Positions 43,420 through 64,000 of a DNA stretch of 64,000 nucleotides are shown piece by piece. Origin of the DNA: the human T2T-CHM13v2.0 reference genome, Homo sapiens; NCBI RefSeq assembly GCF_009914755.1, contig NC_060932.1; one strand, written 5' to 3'. The translations under genes were made by a program, and so were the position numbers. How positions within the stretch are numbered: position 1 is the stretch's first letter; each line of letters opens with the position of its first letter. Below the pieces are notes generated by a model that saw only the letters and a program-made list of their open reading frames with translations, did no database searches and was not told the origin of the DNA.

Positions 43420-43700
43420 GAGTGATGGTGTAATACAAAGAACTGGACTTCAGAGTCAGATCTGGGTTCATGTCATGACCCAGCCATGATAATACTAACA
43501 ACAGTCATAATACAAATAATTACCATTTATTGAGCATACTATATGCCAGACACTATGCTAAACCTTTTATATATGTCATCTTATTTAATTTTGACAGTAA
43601 TCCTCAAAGATACGTTTATGATCTTCATTTTCCTGATGGAGAAACTGAAGTTAGGGAAGGTTAAATACAAAGCCTATGGCAGAGCTAGGTCTGTCTCTAT
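43420..43700. mobile_element. MIR fragments
   Basis: ggacttcagagtcagatctgggttca; catttattgagcatactatatgccagacact; ttcattttcctgatggagaaactgaag. Confidence 0.7.
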
Positions 43701-43912
43701 AGTCTTTTTAAATAATTTTTTTGTTTTCTTATACTTTCTGAGACAGAGTCTCACTCTGTTGCCCAGGCTGGAGTGCAGTGGTACAACCATGACTCACTGC
43801 AGCCTTGACCTCCTGGGCTCAAGCAATCCTCTCACCTCAGCCTCCTGAGTAGCTTGGACTACAGATGTGTGCCATGAGGCCTAGATAATTTTTTTTTTTT
43901 TTTTTTTTTTGA

Positions 43913-44707
<795 letters not shown>

Positions 44708-44899
44708 GTGAGTTGTTTTCTATTGGGAAAAAAATGAATTCAAAGTCTCTGCCTCTTGTAAACAGTGGAAGAGCATCTGTTCATACTAGTGCTGATTTAA
44801 TAAGACACTTCTAGATTGGGAAGGCTTTTATATTGATGCCTTTCTTATTTGTGGCAGCTATTGCAGTAAATGGACTTTGGCTGAAGGTCATAATCATAA

Positions 44900-45136
<237 letters not shown>

Positions 45137-45244
45137 TGATCTCCTGACCTCGTGATCTGCCCCCCTCGGCCTCCCAAAGTGCTGGGATTACAGGCATGAG
45201 CCACCGTGCCAGGCAAATCTTAGCCTTTTTTAGCACCCTGTTAG

Positions 45245-45457
<213 letters not shown>

Positions 45458-45953
45458 TAGCCAGGATGGTCTCGATCTCCTGACCTCGTGATCCGCCCAT
45501 CTCAGCCTCCCAAAGTGCTGGGATTACAGGCGTGAGCCACCGCGCCTGGCCAGGTTCATGTTTTTTTAATATTCTGTGAATAACTATGTTTATTTCTCTG
45601 TTCACTTCAAGAGGAGTTCTAACATGTCTTTATTTGTGCTTCCTTATAGCATATGGGTCCGTTTGTTTATAGTATCTATGGGACAGACTTGGGTTTCATC
45701 CATTGAATTTTTAGGCCTTATTCCTTCTGAGTTTTATTGTCATTAAATCTACCCCTGGTATCTTTGGAACCAACTTTTTGAGGCTTGGAGAAATTACTGC
45801 AGCTGATTAATTAGATTTACTACAGTTTAGTCCGGTAGCAGCTAATGTATACTCTGTTAAGAAGAGAGGAAGCATCTCAGAATCTGCCTGTAGCAGAATA
45901 TTTTTATTATAAGTTTTTCACAATGACTGGTATATTTCTTCTTCTCAATCTAG

Positions 45954-46208
45954 AACCCTGGAATGACCCTGCCCCATTATCCTTATGGAGATGGTAATCG
46001 TAGTGTTCCACAATCAGGACCGACTGTACGACCACAAGAAGATGCGTGGGCTTCTCCTGGTGCTTATGGAATGGGTGGCCGTTATCCCTGGCCTTCATCA
46101 GCGCCCTCAGCACCACCCGGCAATCTCTACATGACTGAAAGTACTTCACCATGGCCTAGCAGTGGCTCTCCCCAGTCACCCCCTTCACCCCCAGTCCAGC
46201 AGCCCAAG
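45954..46208 (+). CDS. BAG4: BAG4 coding exon 4 (NPGMTLPHYPYG...PVQQPK)
   Basis: ctag|AAC acceptor, AAG|gtagga donor, 255 nt, phase 0/0. Confidence 0.96.
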
Positions 46209-46948
46209 GTAGGAGACCTAAATGTTGTTCCTTTAATGTGTGTGTAATTAGGAGAACATAACATGGTTTATATAGTTTCTGTACTGGTTTGTGTTAAATG
46301 GGGACTAATTACAAAAAGTTGGTGACTACTTATCTATAGCTTTACCTCAGCTCGGTTTCCTTTTTCTTTTTTTTAATAGACTTTATATTTAGAGAAGATT
46401 TAGATTCACATCGTTTTTGTTAAAAGACAGAAAGATACACATTTTCTGTTTGTTGTAATTCTTCTAAACGTTAAATGCAAAGATGCATTTTACTACTTCA
46501 AATAATCTATGAACAGAAGACAAAACCAATGTGAAATATCTGTAGCATGAGCTTGTATTTAAACCACAGACTTGAACATTATCACTTGTGGCTGTGTTCC
46601 TTTTCAAGACCTTGCTTGAGGTTTTTAACCTTTTAGGGGAAAAACTAATTCTTATTAATTAGGTCACAGGATGGACTATGAGGTGCTCATGGTGATGGAC
46701 CTGCCACAGGGCAGGTTCCAGCCATTATAACTCAAAAATTCTGTGCCTTTTGTCTGACAGGGCACTCCCTTTTATCTTCTTAGGACTGTGTTTTTTTGCA
46801 AATGATTAAGGAGAGGGGTCCAATTTTATTGTTAGGGAATCTTTTCATGTACCTTTCTGGTCAAGTGAAAGATGTGGGCTAACAAATTTGATGTTGATGC
46901 ATTCCCATTAAAACAGCTCTTTTCCTCTTTTTGCTCTCCCACTCCAAG

Positions 46949-47434
46949 GATTCTTCATACCCCTATAGCCAATCAGATCAAAGCATGAACCGGCACAACT
47001 TTCCTTGCAGTGTCCATCAGTACGAATCCTCGGGGACAGTGAACAATGATGATTCAGATCTTTTGGATTCCCAAGTCCAGTATAGTGCTGAGCCTCAGCT
47101 GTATGGTAATGCCACCAGTGACCATCCCAACAATCAAGATCAAAGTAGCAGTCTTCCTGAAGAATGTGTACCTTCAGATGAAAGTACTCCTCCGAGTATT
47201 AAAAAAATCATACATGTGCTGGAGAAGGTCCAGTATCTTGAACAAGAAGTAGAAGAATTTGTAGGAAAAAAGACAGACAAAGCATACTGGCTTCTGGAAG
47301 AAATGCTAACCAAGGAACTTTTGGAACTGGATTCAGTTGAAACTGGGGGCCAGGACTCTGTACGGCAGGCCAGAAAAGAGGCTGTTTGTAAGATTCAGGC
47401 CATACTGGAAAAATTAGAAAAAAAAGGATTATGA
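46949..47434 (+). CDS. BAG4: BAG4 coding exon 5 with C-terminal BAG domain (SIKKIIHVLEKV...LEKLEKKGL*)
   Basis: Polypyrimidine tract + aag|GAT; BAG three-helix motif LEEMLTKELLELDSVET..VRQARKEAV; exons total 270+108+255+255+486=1374 nt = 457 aa + stop. Confidence 0.97.
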   Translation, partial: DSSYPYSQSDQSMNRHNFPCSVHQYESSGTVNNDDSDLLDSQVQYSAEPQLYGNATSDHPNNQDQSSSLPEECVPSDESTPPSIKKIIHVLEKVQYLEQEVEEFVGKKTDKAYWLLEEMLTKELLELDSVETGGQDSVRQARKEAVCKIQAILEKLEKKGL

Positions 47435-48133
47435 AAGGATTTAGAACAAAGTGGAAGCCTGTTACTAACTTGACCAAAGAACACTTGATTTGGTTAATTA
47501 CCCTCTTTTTGAAATGCCTGTTGATGACAAGAAGCAATACATTCCAGCTTTCCTTTGATTTTATACTTGAAAAACTGGCAAAGGAATGGAAGAATATTTT
47601 AGTCATGAGTTGTTTTCAGTTTTCAGACGAATGAATGTAATAGGAAACTATGGAGTTACCAATATTGCCAAGTAGACTCACTCCTTAAAAAATTTATGGA
47701 TATCTACAAGCTGCTTCTTACCAGCAGGAGGGAAACACACTTCACACAACAGGCTTATCAGAAACCTACCAGATGAAACTGGATATAATCTGAGACAAAC
47801 AGGATGTGTTTTTTTAAACATCTGGATATCTTGTCACATTTTTGTACATTGTGACTGCTTTCAACATATACTTCATGTGTAATTATAGCTTAGACTTTAG
47901 CCTTCTTGGACTTCTGTTTTGTTTTGTTATTTGCAGTTTACAAATATAGTATTATTCTCTACTTCTTGGTACATTTTGTAGTAATATGTTTAATATAATT
48001 ATTCAAGAGACTATATTGACAGCCAGATAGTATGGCAGTTCTGAAAAAATTTATATCTTTTCACCACTTGAATATACTGCAATGTGTAGTGAGTAAATTG
48101 TCTCCCTTTTTCTATAGATCATTAGGTTAGAGT

Positions 48134-48165
<32 letters not shown>

Positions 48166-49309
48166 ACCACTTCTGCTGTTCATGGTAGTAGTGGAAGGTA
48201 AATTTGGAAATGGCATTGACATAAAATGAAAATGTTTACGGACACTTTTCTTTTTTGCTTTTTTATTGTATTTGGATAAAGATCCACTTAAAAGTTATCT
48301 GTTTTTTCCTGTTTTTTTTTTTTTTCCCCAAAGTGTAGTTATGTTTTCACTATTGCTGCTTCTATAGAGGGCATTGTGATAGAGAGTTACAGATGAAACA
48401 TTAAATGCCACAGTGAGTAGAAATAATTACTACAAAAAGTAATAAATATGATTACTTGGTAATATCATTCTCCATCTAAAATACTAGTTTCACCTGTGAG
48501 CAGATTTCAGCTCAGTTTATAGTTAAAAACAATGAGGGTAAAATGGGATTCATGCTCAGGGAATGAATCAGCCATAGTTAGAGTGGGAAATTATTATTTT
48601 CTTCATTTAAAGGTAGATTTTATGTTTATTTCCCTAAATTGCATAAGATAAAATTGTCTGTTTAATAAAAAGACATTTATTACCATTATTAACAGTCATT
48701 TTAGAGCCAAATTTAAGAAAAGGATATTGAAAGGGTCTTTATTGGCCTTGTTTGGGTAACTCTATGCTGTTAGATAGAAGAGACTTAGGTAAATAACTTT
48801 TTATGTCTGAGGTGAGTACACAATATTGGTTCTTGGAAAAATAGCTGTTTCTTCATAAGATACCCAAGTGATAATTTTTTTTCCCCTAGACTGTCAGGCC
48901 TATGAGTAAATACTAAATCTATTAGCTGTCCCCACTCATAAACCAAACCAAACCAATACAAACAGATGAGGAGAGGAAATGTAGTAAAAATACTGGCTGG
49001 GTCTTATGATTGGGATGAGTGATTTTATAAGATAATATGGTGATAATTTTATTCTAGGATTTTATTTTTGGCCTAATATAGGAATGTTTAAAAAAGGCTT
49101 TTCTATGAAAATTAGAAATTTATACTTGAAATTAAAAGTCTAGAAGGGGGAGGACCTTAAAGCTAAGCTACCAGTAAGACAATGAATAATTCAGAAGAGA
49201 ACACTATTCTTTTACTGACTGAGTGCCCAAGATGCCAATTTCCATGAAGTCTTGATTTATATATATGTACACATGTTATGCACATACATGTTTGTTTTCT
49301 AACAGTTAT

Positions 49310-49890
49310 TTTTTAAGCTTTTGAGATAATTTTAGACTTACAGAAGAGTTGTAAAAGTAGTAGAGTTCTTGTATACTCTGCACCCACCTTGCCCTTATGT
49401 TAACATCTTACGTAACAATAGAACATTTGTCAAAATTAAGAAATTAACCTTGATATAATACTAACTAAAGTAGAAAGTTTAAAAAGTAGAGATTTTAGTC
49501 TTTTCACTAATGTCCTTTTACTGTTCCAAGACCCAGCCTTGCATTTAGCTGTCATGCCTACGTCCTGTCTTCCAGTCTGTGACAGTGTATCATAACAGGG
49601 GATACCTGATGTTGTAATGTATTTCTGGTGTTGTTAACCTTGATCACTATGCTAAGGTGGTGTCTGCTAGGATTCGCTACTGTAAACTTACTGTGTTTTC
49701 CTTGTAATTATTGAATATTTGCTGGAGATACCCGGAGACTATGCAAATGTCCCGTTTCTGCTTAAACTTTTGCTCATTTTACTATCCATTGGCAGATCTT
49801 GCTTGTGGCAGTTACTACTGTGGTGTTCTAATGGTGATTTTCTATTTCTCTCAATCCTTCTACATTTATTATTGGAATTCTTCTGTAAGG
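49310..49890 (-). mobile_element. Old L1M 3'UTR fragment inside the BAG4 3'UTR
   Basis: ttttgagataattttagacttacagaagagttgtaaaagtagtagagttc and ttaaccttgatcactatgctaaggtggtgtctgctagg resemble antisense L1MC/MD 3' ends. Confidence 0.7.
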
Positions 49891-50207
49891 AAGAGTTGTC
49901 AGTTCTGGATTTATATTTTTAACTATAATAAGATATTCAGGATAAGTATAGATTTAGAACTTAAAGATGTTAAATCATGTTAAAATTATTCCAAATACCA
50001 ATATCAAAGAAAACTAAGTTGGTAATCTATCTCAGAAAATATATGAACTTAAGAAGGAAAATAGTATTTATGATTTGTAGAATTGGTTCAACTTTTGACT
50101 TAATACTGACTTTGGACTGAATTCAAAGTTTTCTTGAAATTTCACATCTGGACTTTTTAAAGTGTCTACATTTATATTACTTTGGGGATCATTTTGTCAA
50201 AGTCTTG

Positions 50208-50213
50208 AATAAA
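50208..50213 (+). promoter_or_regulatory. BAG4: BAG4 distal polyadenylation signal
   Basis: AATAAA with a downstream U-rich element. Confidence 0.7.
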
Positions 50214-50846
50214 GTTACCCAGTCCTGGCATGATAAACACAACTATGTTTTTTTTTTTTTATAATAACCCTCTGTTGTTCCAAGTATGAATGCCAATGAA
50301 ACTGTTTAAACAAATAAGCCCTAATGAAGTATACAGGGGTTGGATTATATGTGTCTCCACATGTTGGTGCAGAATTCTTTTAAATGCTTTTAAAAATGGG
50401 GTTCTGAAAACAGTTTTTCAGTTGGTTAATGTAAATAATACCATTAAAGCTAGGCAGGTTAAAAAAATTTTGAAGAATGTAGATTAAATAGGGATAAAAA
50501 AGTTTTTGGGGGATGGATAGTTGATGGAGCTTTTCTTTTACAACTTTACTTTTTTTTACTTATTTTTTTAAAAAAGTAAGGAGTTTACCTCAATTCGTAG
50601 AAGTTACGAGTTTAAAAAGTCAGTTCTATGAAAGGCAGCATTCTCCTGATCCCACCCCCATTTCTCCTTCTCTAAAGGCAACCACTTTCAACTGAGTTTT
50701 TCTTTTGTTAATCAAAAAATTTTGTTTTTAGAGACAAGAGTCTTGCTATGCTGGTCTTAAATTCCTGGGCTCAAGTGATCCTTCTGCCTCAGCCTCCTGG
50801 GTAGCTGCGACTACAGGCATGGACCACCTCAACCAGCTTCAACTGA

Positions 50847-50969
<123 letters not shown>

Positions 50970-50972
50970 TGA

Positions 50973-51260
<288 letters not shown>

Positions 51261-51724
51261 TGAGACAGAGTCTTGCTCTGTCACCCAGGATGGAGTGCAG
51301 TGGCATGATCTCGGCTCACTACTGCCTGAAATTCCTGGGCCCAAGGGATCCTCCCGCCTCAGCCTCCCCAGTAGCTGGGAGGCATGCATTATGGCACCTG
51401 GCTAATTTTGTAATTTTTTGTAGAGATGGAGTCTTGCCATGTTACCCAAGCTAGTCTCAAATGCCTGGCTGGGCTCAAGTGATCCTCCCTCCTTGGCTTC
51501 CCAAGTGCTGGGATTACAGATGTGAGCTACCACACCTGTCCTCAATATACTTATTTGGTAGTTTCATTGTACGTTATCCTGACTATGTAAATGCTAAGGA
51601 GAGTTTAGCTATATAGTAACCTGATTACTTTTCCTTTCCTAACAACTTGTTTTCCCTGGAATTAATCATCTGTCATATTTGTTTTGTTTGCTTATCTACC
51701 TAAGACTGATTTGACCTTCTCTCA

Positions 51725-51874
<150 letters not shown>

Positions 51875-51889
51875 TTAAAAAAAAAATTA

Positions 51890-52204
<315 letters not shown>

Positions 52205-52223
52205 TCAAAAAAAAAAAAAAAAA

Positions 52224-52372
52224 TAAATATATATATATAAAACATATAAATATATATTAGAAATATATATTTAAAATATTAAATATACATTAAATATGTA
52301 ATATATATTTAATATATAATATATATTTAAAATATATATAATATAAATATATATAATATATATATATAAATA
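52224..52372. repeat. AT-rich low-complexity tract after an Alu tail
   Basis: Almost entirely A/T, with TA-rich units. Confidence 0.9.
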
Positions 52373-53465
52373 TTTTATCAATTTCAAACTTCTGAAGAGT
52401 CTATCCTGAACCCTTCTGACTGGAAAACTAGTATGTTCCTGGCATAGTACATAGGGTCATGCTGTGGATTCTTTTTGTCTCTTCTTTTGGTTTTCTGTTT
52501 TTTGTATCCTATGTCTTTCTCTTTTTGTTTATTCCGTCATTTGGTGGAGCATATTCTCCAGGTGCTTCCTGGAAAAGGGTGCATGGGAAATAATTTATTT
52601 TGATCTTGCATATTTGAAAATGTCTGTTCCACCTAGCCAATGGATTGATAGTTTGGCTGGGTATAGAATTCTAGGAAATGATTATCTTAAGGATTTTGAA
52701 GGCATTGTTATATTGTCTTGTAGATTCCAGAATTGCTGTTGAGAAGCATATGCCATTCTGATTCAAGATCCTTTGTATAAAACCTGATATTTTTCTCTAG
52801 AAGCTTATAGAATTTTTGGGGGGGCCCCATTTGTTCTGAAATTTCCTAAGAATAGCTTTGGTTTAGGTCCATTTTTATCCGTTTTGCTGGGGCCATTTCA
52901 TTCTGGCAACTCATACCATTAAGTCCTGTGAAATTTTTTGATTTTTTGTTTGTTTGTTAATTTCCCTCTTTCCTCCATCCCAGTCTTCTCTGTTAATACT
53001 TTCTAGAATTACTACTGTTTTGACTGTAGGCCTCATAGACTGGTTCTTTAATTTTCTTATGTTTTCTGTTTGTTTGTTTTTTTTTTAATGTTTTGCCTTT
53101 TTGTGGTACTTTGTAGGAGATTTATACAACTTTATCACTTTTTATTTTTATTTTCTGTGTGACAGGGTCTCATTCTGTCATCCAGGCTGGAGTTCAGGGG
53201 CACAATCTCTGCTCACTGCAACCTCTGCCTTCCTGGTTCAGTTGATCATCCTGCCTCAGCCTCCTGAGTAGCTGGGTTACAGGTGCACACCGTCACAACT
53301 GGCTAATTTTTTTTGTATTTTTTTGTAGAGACAGGGTTTTGCTAAGTTGCCCAGGCTGGTTTTGAAATCCTGAGCTCAAGCGATACACCCACTTTGCCTT
53401 CCCAAAGTGCTAAGATTACAGGCATGAGCTACCATGCCTGGCGAACTTTTTCTTCTGACTTCTAA

Positions 53466-53707
<242 letters not shown>

Positions 53708-53919
53708 TGATCTTGAACTCCTGACCTCAAGTGATCCACCCACCTCCACCTCCCAAAGTACTGGGATTATAGGCATAAGCCACCATGCCCAGCCTCTTCT
53801 ATCATTAAAAAAAAAAAAAAAAATTGGCTGGGCGTGATGGCTCACGCCTGTAATCCCAGCACTTTGGGAGGCCGAGGCGGGAGGATCACAAGGTCAGGAG
53901 ATCGAGACCATCCTGGCTA

Positions 53920-54195
<276 letters not shown>

Positions 54196-54706
54196 TTATG
54201 AGGTCAGGGGTTCGAGACCAGCCTGGCCAACATGGTGAAACCCCGTCTCTACTAAAAATATAAAAATTAGCTGGGTATGGTAGCACATGCCTGTAATCCC
54301 AGCTACTCAGGCTGAGGCATGAGAATCACTTGAACCCAGGAGGCGGAGGTTGCAGTGAGCTGAGATCGCGCCACTGCACTCCAGCCTGGCGACACAGTGA
54401 GAGTCCGTCTCAAAACACACACACACACACACACACCATTTTTTTAGAGACAGGATCTGACTATATTGCCCAGGCTGGTCCTGGTCCTGAATTCCTGACC
54501 TCAAGTGATCCTCCTGCCTCAGTCTCCAAAAGTGTTAGGATTACAGACATGAACCACTGCGCCTGGCCCTATCATATTTTTAACTTCCAAGGATATTTTT
54601 GTTTGCTGGGTTCCTTTATGAGATTCTGCTTTTGTTTACAGTTGGAGCATCTTGTATCTCTGAGGATATTAATGATGATTTCTTGGTGTTTTCTTCTTTC
54701 GAATAA

Positions 54707-55027
<321 letters not shown>

Positions 55028-56094
55028 TGACCTCAGGTGATCCCCCCTCCTCGGCCTCCCAAAGTGCTGGGATTACAGGCATGAGCCACCACGCCTGTTC
55101 TTGCTTGTGTGTTCGTGTGTGTGTGTGTGTGTGTGTATTTATTTTATTTTGGAGACAGGGTTTTATACCATAGCCTAGGCTAGAGTGCAATGGTGTGATC
55201 CTAGCTTGCTGCAGCCTCAACCTCCCAGGCTCAATTGATTGTACCCTAGCCTGCCCAGTACCTGGGACTACAGCCATGCGTCACCACACTCAGCTAATTT
55301 TTGTATTTTTTATAGAGATGAGGTTTTGCCATGTGGCCCAGGCTGGTCTTGAACTCCTGGGCTTAAGTGATCTACCCATCTCAGCCTCCCAAAATGCTGG
55401 GATTCCAGGCATAAGCCACCATGCCTGGCCTTGTATTCTTTGAAGTATGGTTTTGTTACTCTAGAGACCCAAAATTATTTTTATTATTATTTTTTTGAGA
55501 CGCAGTCCTGCTGTGTCACCCGGGCTGGAATGTAGTAGTGAAATTTTGGCTCACTGCAACCTCTGCCTCCTGGGTTCAAGCGATTCTTGTGCCTCAGCCT
55601 CCCTTGTAGCTGGGATTACATGCGTGTGACATTGCGCCCAGCTAATTTTTGTATTTTTAGTAGAGATGGGGTTTTGCCATATTGGTCAGGCTGATCTCGA
55701 ACTCCTGGCTCCAAATGATTCTCCCATCTCGGCCTCCCAAAGTTGTGGGATTACAGGTGCCAAAATTACCTTTAGAAAATGTTTCTTGACTATTCTGCTT
55801 AATTACTTTTTTATAATCTTTCTTGGAGCGGATAGCTATTTTAAGTCTGAAATTGGGAAGAGGAGGCTAGCTGCATGATTTTCACTCTTATATGAAAACA
55901 GGAAGGTTTTACATTCTGGCTTTTCTCATGGGGAGTAGTGACCACATTTGTCATGATAAGTGGAAGGCAGAGTAAGGACCAGCTGCGAGTGAGGATTTAG
56001 GTGCTTCTGGGATCATGGCACATTTTCTCTCAGCCAACCCCTAAATGTCCTTTTATTTTGCAATATATATTTCCAAAATTGGCTAAGACCAAGA

Positions 56095-56250
56095 GTAGAA
56101 TTGACAGATGAAATACAGAATTCCCAGTTAAATTTGAATTTCAAACAATAAATCATTTTTAATATCAATATGATCCATGCAATGTTTGGGAAATACATAT
56201 ACTAAAAGATGATTTGTTATCTGAAATTCAAATTTAACTAGGAGTACTGT
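56095..56250. mobile_element. MER53-like palindromic hAT MITE (main body)
   Basis: Inverted arms cccagttaaatttgaatttca (56123-56143) and tgaaattcaaatttaactagg (56222-56242), 20/21 complementary. Confidence 0.8.
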
Positions 56251-56277
56251 TTTTGGTTTGTTTGGTTGGTTGGTTGA

Positions 56278-56448
<171 letters not shown>

Positions 56449-56569
56449 TAGAGATGGGGGTTTTGCCATGTTGCCCAGGCTGGTCTCGAATTCCTGAGCT
56501 CAAGCAATTCGCTCACCTCAGCCTCCCAAAGTGCTGGGATTACAGGTGTGAGCCACTGTACTTCGCTGT

Positions 56570-60085
<3,516 letters not shown>

Positions 60086-60574
60086 TATTTCCATTTGCTA
60101 CATTTACATTTGCTCAGTCTGGCAACCCTAGCTGAGAAGAAACCTTGGCTTGTTGGAAACCTCCCAGGGCTAGAGGAGAGCCACCTTGCTGCACAGCTTC
60201 AACTGAAGCTATTACTTGCTCTCAAAACAAATTTGGCCCTCATTTAAGTAAGACAGAGAAATCATAAATATAAATCACCTTCCTCAAAGTGAAATATCTA
60301 AGAGAAATTATTCACGTTGAGGGCAGGAACTTTTCAGTTGTGGCTGTAAAGTAATAAAATGCATTTTCATGTTTGGTTTATGAGCTTATAAAAACCACTG
60401 AGTTTGGGCTGGAAGATAACATCACTGTGGTGTCTCTAATGTTTCTTCTAATTCTAACATTCTTACTTTATCAGTAAGTGGTATAGCTGAAAACTCAAGT
60501 CTTCTTGTTTCCTGATTCAAAGAATCTTGCCTCACAGCTGTAGCTTTCATATTCTTGATTAAAGTATAGATTCA

Positions 60575-61406
60575 TTTTCTTAGAGTTCTCCAGAGAGACA
60601 GGACTAATAGTATAGACAGAGAGATGACAGGGGATTTATTAGGGAATTAGCTCATGTGATTATGGAGGCTGAGAAGTCCCAGGACATGCCATCTGCAAGC
60701 TGGAGACCCTGGGATGTCCGTAGCGTGGCTCTCTCCAAGTGTGAAAGCCTCAGAACCAGGGAAGCCAATAGTGTAATTCTGTCTGGGGCCAAAGGCCTGA
60801 GAACATGTGAGGCTGCTGGTGCAAGTCCTGGAGTTCTAATGTCCAAGGTCAGAAGAGTGTCTCAAGCTCCAGGAGAGCGAGAGAGAGAAAAGAAATCGCC
60901 TTTTCTTTTTCTTTTCTTTCTTTTTTTTGATGGAGTCTCACTCTGGAGACTCAGAGCTGGAGTGCAGTGACTGATCTCGGCTCACTGCAACCTCTGCCTC
61001 CTGGGTTCAAATGATTCTCCTGCCTCAGCCTCCTGAATAGCGAGGATTACATGCACGCGCCATCACGTCCGGCTAATTTTTGTATTTTTAGTAGAGATGG
61101 GGTTTCATCATGTTGATCAGGCTGGTCTCGAACTCCTGACCTCGTGATCCGTCCACTTCGCCTCCCAAAGTGCTGGGATTACAGGCATGAGTCACCGCAC
61201 CCGGCCCTTTTCTCTGTCTTCTTTGTTCTGAGACCCCAGCTGATTGGATGGTGCCTTCCTGCATTGATCTCCCCCACTCAATCCACAGACTCACATTCCA
61301 ATCTCCTCCAGAAACACCCTCATGGACACACCCAGAAGTGATGCTTCACCAGTTCTATAGGTATTCCTTAATCCAGTCAAATTGACACCTAAAATTAAGC
61401 ATCACA
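60575..61406 (-). mobile_element. MLT2-family LTR (3' LTR of an ERV-L provirus) with Alu insertion
   Basis: Minus strand starts TGTGATGCTTAATTTTAGGTGTCAATTTGACTGGATT (MLT2-type), preceded by purine-rich AAGAGGTGGACT (PPT-like). Confidence 0.8.

Positions 61407-64000
<2,594 letters not shown>

Larger units (their letters stand above)
47435..50235 (+). other. BAG4: BAG4 3'UTR (~2.8 kb, AU-rich, Alu-free)
   Basis: Follows TGA; AATAAA at 48441, 48664 and 50208; U-rich tract at ~50248-50260 after the distal signal; cleavage site approximate. Confidence 0.7.

Noticed and set aside
47208-47606. 132-aa minus-strand ORF
   Set aside because: Antisense to BAG4 exon 5 and 3'UTR; no supporting promoter, splice signals or homology

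Overview
Primate (most likely human) genomic DNA containing two complete, head-to-head spliced genes. LSM1 lies on the minus strand (4 coding exons, 133 aa, CDS 13299->649). BAG4/SODD lies on the plus strand (5 coding exons, 457 aa, CDS 13849->47434, 3'UTR to about 50235). They share a ~550-bp CpG-island bidirectional promoter; from recall this is the 8p11.23 locus. The rest is very repeat-rich: roughly 90 Alu elements by eye, old L1/L2/MIR fragments, Tigger3-, MER5- and MER53-like DNA transposons, several solo LTRs, a U6 snRNA retrocopy, and the 3' part of a decayed ERV-L provirus (integrase and dUTPase remnants plus an MLT2 LTR) at the right edge. I found no evidence of a wholly new biological system. 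The most useful leads are: upstream ATGs in both genes whose effect depends on the TSS used; a +1-frame 92-aa alternative ORF in BAG4 whose hydrophobic tail depends on exon 2; a strong CTCF motif in an LTR41-like element; an old MLT1 fragment embedded inside a younger Alu; and several readable nested-insertion histories. Repeat subfamily names come from recalled consensus sequences, not from a database search.
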